Made by a program: the position numbers and the translations under genes. Positions 60,447 through 64,000 of a stretch of 64,000 nucleotides of DNA are shown here, in pieces. The stretch comes from an uncultured Thermoanaerobaculia bacterium (GTDB lineage: Bacteria > Acidobacteriota > Thermoanaerobaculia > Thermoanaerobaculales > Sulfomarinibacteraceae). Where the stretch lies: NCBI GenBank assembly GCA_964440565.1, contig CAYTTB010000001.1, positions 29,361 to 93,360 on the forward strand, given 5' to 3'. Under the pieces are notes generated by a model. It saw nothing but the letters and a program-made list of their open reading frames with translations, was not told where the DNA came from and did not search any database. Position 1 is the stretch's first letter. Each line of letters starts with the position of its first letter.

Positions 60447-61510
60447 GCGTGGACGCGATTCTCGAGCGGGCGGTGGCGGGCGACCGGCTCGGCCGCGGCG
60501 AGCTGCTCGAGCTGTTCGAGCGGGCGCCGCTGCTGGACCTCGGCTGGGCCGCCTCCCGCGTGCGGGAGCGGCTGGTGCCGGGCGCCGCCGCCACGTACAT
60601 CATCGACCGCAACATCAACTACACCAACGTCTGCGTCTACCGGTGCCGGTTCTGCGCCTTCTACCGGCGTGAGAACGATCCCGAGGCGTACGTCCTGTCC
60701 TTCGACGAGATCGCGGAGAAGATCGGCGAGACGGTGGCCGCGGGCGGGACGGGGATCCTGCTCCAGGGCGGGGTCCACCCGCGGCTGCGCCTCGCCTGGT
60801 ACGAGGAGCTGCTCGCGCGGCTGAAGAGCACCTTCCCCCAGATCCACCTCCATGTCTTCTCCGCACCGGAGATCTGGTGGCTGGCGAAGCTCGAGCGGTT
60901 GCCGCTTCCCGAGGTGATCCGCCGCCTCCGGGCGGCCGGGCTCGACTCGATCCCCGGCGGCGGGGCCGAGATCCTGGAGGACGCGACGCGGCGCCGGATC
61001 GGCTCGCGCTCCAAGGTCACCACCGGGCAGTGGCTCGAGGTCCACCGGGAGGCGCACCGCCAGGGGCTCCGCACCACCGCCACCATGATGTTCGGGGTGG
61101 GAGAGCCGTTCGCCGCGCGGGTGGACCACCTGCTCGCCGTGCGCCGCCTCCAGGACGAGACCGGCGGGTTCACCGCCTTCATCCCGTGGACGTTCCAGGA
61201 GGAGAACACCGAGCTGGAGCGCGAGGTGGAGACCTCGGGCGGGGTGGACTACCTGCGCACCCTGGCGATCTCGCGCCTGGCGCTCGACAACGTGCCCCAC
61301 GTCCAGGGCTCGTGGGTCACCCAGGGCCCGCGGATGGGGCAGGTGTCGCTCTTCTTCGGCGCCGACGATCTGGGCTCCATCATGCTGGAGGAGAACGTGG
61401 TGGCCGCCGCGGGAGCGCATCACCGCATGACCCAGGCCGACATGGAGCGCATCGTCCGCGACGCGGGCCTCGTCCCGCGCCAGCGGCGCACCCTGTACGA
61501 ACCGGTGTGA
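60443..61510 (+). CDS. Radical SAM menaquinone (futalosine pathway) enzyme, MqnE/MqnC family
   Basis: The in-frame ATG at 60443 follows GGAGGGG and overlaps the mqnA stop (ATGA). The radical-SAM motif is CVYRCRFCAF. Family similarity includes NINYTNVC and GGFTAFIPW. Adjacency to mqnA favours MqnE, but that is an inference. Confidence 0.8.
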   Translation: MSVDAILERAVAGDRLGRGELLELFERAPLLDLGWAASRVRERLVPGAAATYIIDRNINYTNVCVYRCRFCAFYRRENDPEAYVLSFDEIAEKIGETVAAGGTGILLQGGVHPRLRLAWYEELLARLKSTFPQIHLHVFSAPEIWWLAKLERLPLPEVIRRLRAAGLDSIPGGGAEILEDATRRRIGSRSKVTTGQWLEVHREAHRQGLRTTATMMFGVGEPFAARVDHLLAVRRLQDETGGFTAFIPWTFQEENTELEREVETSGGVDYLRTLAISRLALDNVPHVQGSWVTQGPRMGQVSLFFGADDLGSIMLEENVVAAAGAHHRMTQADMERIVRDAGLVPRQRRTLYEPV

Positions 61511-61536
61511 CCGCCGCGGCCCGGTAGACTGGGGCG

Positions 61537-63471
61537 GTGGCGCACGGCTCACGCTCCCGGGCCGAGACCGCCGCGACGGCGGCGCTGGTGGCGGTGGCCG
61601 CGGTCCTCCTCCCCGCCTGGCAGCGGGTGGCGCCCGCCGACGTGGCCGCGCGGCTGGCGCTGGGGGTCGCGTGGACCGGGCTGTGGCTCCTCGCCTGCCT
61701 CGGCGCCGGACGGGCCGCGGTGCGGCGGCTGGCGGCCGCCGTCCCCGCCCCGTTGGGGCTGGAGCTGGCCGCGGGGGCGGCGGCGCTCTCCCTCGCGGCG
61801 ACCCTGCTCGCCGCGGCGCACCTGCTGCACCCCGCCGCCCTGTGGGCGGTGGGCGCGACGGCGGCGGCGCTCGGCGTGGGCGCCCTGCGCGAGGGGGTGG
61901 ACGGGCCGTGGGGAGCGAGACCCTCGGCGGGATGGCTCCTCCTCGCGGTGCCGGCGGCGGTGCAGCTTCTCGGGGTCACCGCCCCGCCGGTGTTCTACGA
62001 CGCCCTCAACTACCATCTCGCGTTCCCCGAGCGGTGGCTCGCGGCGGGGGGGTGGGTGGAGTTCCCGCGCCACGCCTACAGCTACTTCGCGGCGGCCTGC
62101 GGCTCCCTCTACCTGTACCCGCTGGCGGCGGTGGGCGGATGGGGGGCGCGCGCGGTCCACCTCGCGCTCGCCTGGACCGCGGCGCTCGCCGCGGGGGAGC
62201 TGGGCCGCCGTCTGGGGGGCGCGCGGGCGGCGTGGTGGGCCGCCGCCCTCTTCGCGCTGACCCCCTCGGCGCTCCGTACCGGCGCCTTCCCCGCCGCCGA
62301 CCTCGGGGTGGCGGCGTGGGCCGGCGCGGCGATCCTGGTGGCCGTGGACGGCGAGCGGTTCCCCCGCGCCGGCATCCGCGGCGCGCTCGCCGGTGCCCTG
62401 GCGGGGACGGCGGTGGCGGCCAAGTACGTCGCCGCGGCCACCGGCGCCGTGCCCGCGCTGCTCGCGCTCGCGCTCGCCGGGCCGCGTCGGCGGTGGCCCG
62501 CTGTGGCGGCGTTCGCCCTCGCCGCGGCCGCCGTCGTGTCCCCCTGGCTCGTCCGCAACGCGCTCTGGACCTCCGACCCGGTGTACCCGTTCCTCGCCCC
62601 CCTGTTCGGCCTTCCCGCGCAGGGGATCTCGGTGGCGGGGATGGTGGCCCAGGACGCGGCGGGCCTGCCCTCCAGCCTCCCGCGCTGGGCGGCGGCGATG
62701 GCGGCCCTGCCGGTCCGGACCCTGCACCCGCTCCAGGTGGGTGGGCTCCTGGGCCCGCAGTGGCTGCTGCTTCTCCTGCCGGCGGCTCTCCTGGTGCGGG
62801 AGGGCGCCGGGCCGCTGTGGGCGGCGGCCGCGGCGGGCCTCCTCGGGTGGGGGGCGACGGTCCAGTTCGGACGGTTCCTGCTGCCGGCGCTGGTGCCCGG
62901 CGCGGCGCTCGCCGGGGCGGCGGCGGCGCGGATCGTGGGGCCGAGGCGCGGTGCGGTGGGGGTGGCGGCGGGCTCGTTGCTCGGCCTCGTCCTGGCGTGG
63001 AACGGCGCCGCGGCGCTCGACCCGCTCGGTGCCGAGCGGGTGGCGGTGGTGGCCGGGGCGGAGCGGGAGGTCGCGTTTCTCGCCCGGTGGGTCTCGTACT
63101 GGCCCGCGGTGGAACCGGTGCGGCGCCTGGTCCCGCCCGGCGGGCGCGTGCTGCTCGTGGGCGAGGCGCGGGCGTGGGGGATCCCGCGCCGGGTCGTGGT
63201 GGAGGACCCGTACCGCACCCCCCTGCTCGTGGAGCTCGCGGCGACGAGCCGCTCCTCCGCGGAGCTCGTGACGCGCCTGCGCCGGCTCGGTGTCACCCAC
63301 CTCCTCCTCAACCGTGCCGAGATGGCGCGCATCGCGCGCATGCGAGGCCTCCCGGGGTACTTCGCGGAGGCCTCCCCGGAGGCGAGGCGGCGGCTCGAGG
63401 CCGCGCTCGCGGCGCTCCCGGTGGTGTGGGCCCGCGGAGGCCTCGAGCTGCGCGCCCTCCCGCGGCGATGA
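61537..63471 (+). CDS. Large polytopic membrane protein, GT-C glycosyltransferase-like (function unproven)
   Basis: ORF 61537..63471, 644 aa. About 12 hydrophobic helices and a loop motif FYDALNYHLAFPE precede a soluble C-terminal ~170 aa. Codon third positions are GC-rich throughout. Confidence 0.65.
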   Translation: MAHGSRSRAETAATAALVAVAAVLLPAWQRVAPADVAARLALGVAWTGLWLLACLGAGRAAVRRLAAAVPAPLGLELAAGAAALSLAATLLAAAHLLHPAALWAVGATAAALGVGALREGVDGPWGARPSAGWLLLAVPAAVQLLGVTAPPVFYDALNYHLAFPERWLAAGGWVEFPRHAYSYFAAACGSLYLYPLAAVGGWGARAVHLALAWTAALAAGELGRRLGGARAAWWAAALFALTPSALRTGAFPAADLGVAAWAGAAILVAVDGERFPRAGIRGALAGALAGTAVAAKYVAAATGAVPALLALALAGPRRRWPAVAAFALAAAAVVSPWLVRNALWTSDPVYPFLAPLFGLPAQGISVAGMVAQDAAGLPSSLPRWAAAMAALPVRTLHPLQVGGLLGPQWLLLLLPAALLVREGAGPLWAAAAAGLLGWGATVQFGRFLLPALVPGAALAGAAAARIVGPRRGAVGVAAGSLLGLVLAWNGAAALDPLGAERVAVVAGAEREVAFLARWVSYWPAVEPVRRLVPPGGRVLLVGEARAWGIPRRVVVEDPYRTPLLVELAATSRSSAELVTRLRRLGVTHLLLNRAEMARIARMRGLPGYFAEASPEARRRLEAALAALPVVWARGGLELRALPRR

Positions 63472-63677
63472 CGGTGGCGGTCGTCCGGGGGCGGGACGGC
63501 CGGGAGGCAGGGGCTCGCGGTGCCGGGGCGTGGAGGGAGCACGGTCTCGAGGAGCGAGCGCTCGCCTCCCCTGTCGGGGCGGTGTCCGGACCGGGCCGGG
63601 AGCCGCCTCGTCCGCCCCGATCCGCGTCTCCATCGTGCAGGGGTTCTCTGGCCTCGCGCGAGCCGGATCCCGGACGC

Positions 63678-63710
63678 CGCGAGATGGGGACGGTCCCCAC
63701 GAGATGGGGA
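63678..63710 (+). repeat. Direct repeat C-N-CGAGATGGGGA x2 (20-bp period) enclosing the palindrome TGGGGAC-G-GTCCCCA
   Basis: GAGATGGGGA occurs at 63681-63690 and 63701-63710, and the palindrome at 63685-63699. It lies within a 370-bp stretch with no convincing ORF. Confidence 0.5.
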
Positions 63711-63799
63711 GAGCGCCCGACCCGGTGCGTGGGATCACGCCCGCTGACGTGGCCGCGGGCCCTGCCCGCTGCTCCCGCCCGCAGGGGGGGCGCCGGGGG

Positions 63800-63828
63800 T
63801 TGCGCGAGGGGCGAACCTGTGCTAGGGT
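63800..63828 (+). promoter_or_regulatory. Putative promoter of tRNA-Glu
   Basis: TTGCGC (63800-63805), a 17-nt spacer and TAGGGT (63823-63828). The tRNA starts 14 nt later. Confidence 0.3.
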
Positions 63829-63841
63829 AAGCGGCCCGTGC

Positions 63842-63917
63842 GGGGCGTTCGTCTAGGGGTCTAGGACGCCGGCCTCTCACGCCGGTAACACGGGTTCAAA
63901 TCCCGTACGCCCTGCCA
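63842..63917 (+). tRNA. tRNA-Glu (anticodon CUC), CCA encoded
   Basis: Acceptor GGGGCGT/ACGCCCT (G1-U72), D-arm GTCT-AGGGGTCT-AGGA, anticodon stem CCGGC/GCCGG, loop CTCTCAC, T-arm ACGGG-TTCAAAT-CCCGT. Confidence 0.9.
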
Positions 63918-64000
63918 CCCATCCGTCTCCTGGCGTCACCTCCTCCCTGTCCGTACCTCCCGCGAGGTCCGCACACCGGCGGCGCCGGAACCACCGCGCC

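Overview
Very GC-rich (by eye more than 70% G+C) chromosomal segment from a diderm bacterium (LptD, TonB-type and CsgG-type proteins are present). No taxon is claimed. High GC makes stop codons rare, so many long ORFs in the track are antisense or out-of-frame artefacts. I kept only frames with recognisable protein families, Shine-Dalgarno-like tracts or signal peptides. Start coordinates were derived by residue counting from the ORF-track coordinates. The track translates GTG starts as M.

Core content:
- A complete, extremely compact dcw cluster on the minus strand (20.7-36.0 kb): mraZ-rsmH-ftsL-ftsI-murE-murF-mraY-murD-ftsW-murG-murC-ftsQ-ftsA-ftsZ. It has no murB, and ddl lies elsewhere.
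- gap-pgk-tpiA-secG, and tig-clpP-clpX-lon-engB-rho.
- mqnA plus a radical-SAM futalosine-pathway enzyme.
- gltX and glnS, maeB, ddl, folE, fabL, hup, mltG-ruvX, a thiolase and lptD.
- Six tRNAs, all with encoded CCA: Ser-UGA, Ser-GCU, Leu-GAG, Lys-CUU, Leu-UAG, Glu-CUC.

No rRNA, CRISPR array, transposase or integrase was recognised.

Most noteworthy observations:
1. Two small integrase-less islets share one architecture. Each is flanked by a direct repeat that duplicates the 3' end of the neighbouring gene. The first (about 1.1 kb) carries two secreted-protein genes. The second (about 1.4 kb) carries an AbrB-type antitoxin and a Doc toxin.
2. A GT-C-type membrane glycosyltransferase gene is split by a frameshift at a G9 homopolymer.
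3. A UbiA prenyltransferase is translationally coupled to a single ORF fusing a CTP-dependent polyprenol-kinase-like domain to a DUF92 (VTE6-like) domain.
4. Four 10-bp-phased GTGG-type repeats lie downstream of a TTGACA promoter in front of mraZ, as a candidate MraZ operator.
5. One protein fuses a predicted pseudokinase to a TonB C-terminal domain.

All functional calls rest on motif recognition by eye. No database search was run.
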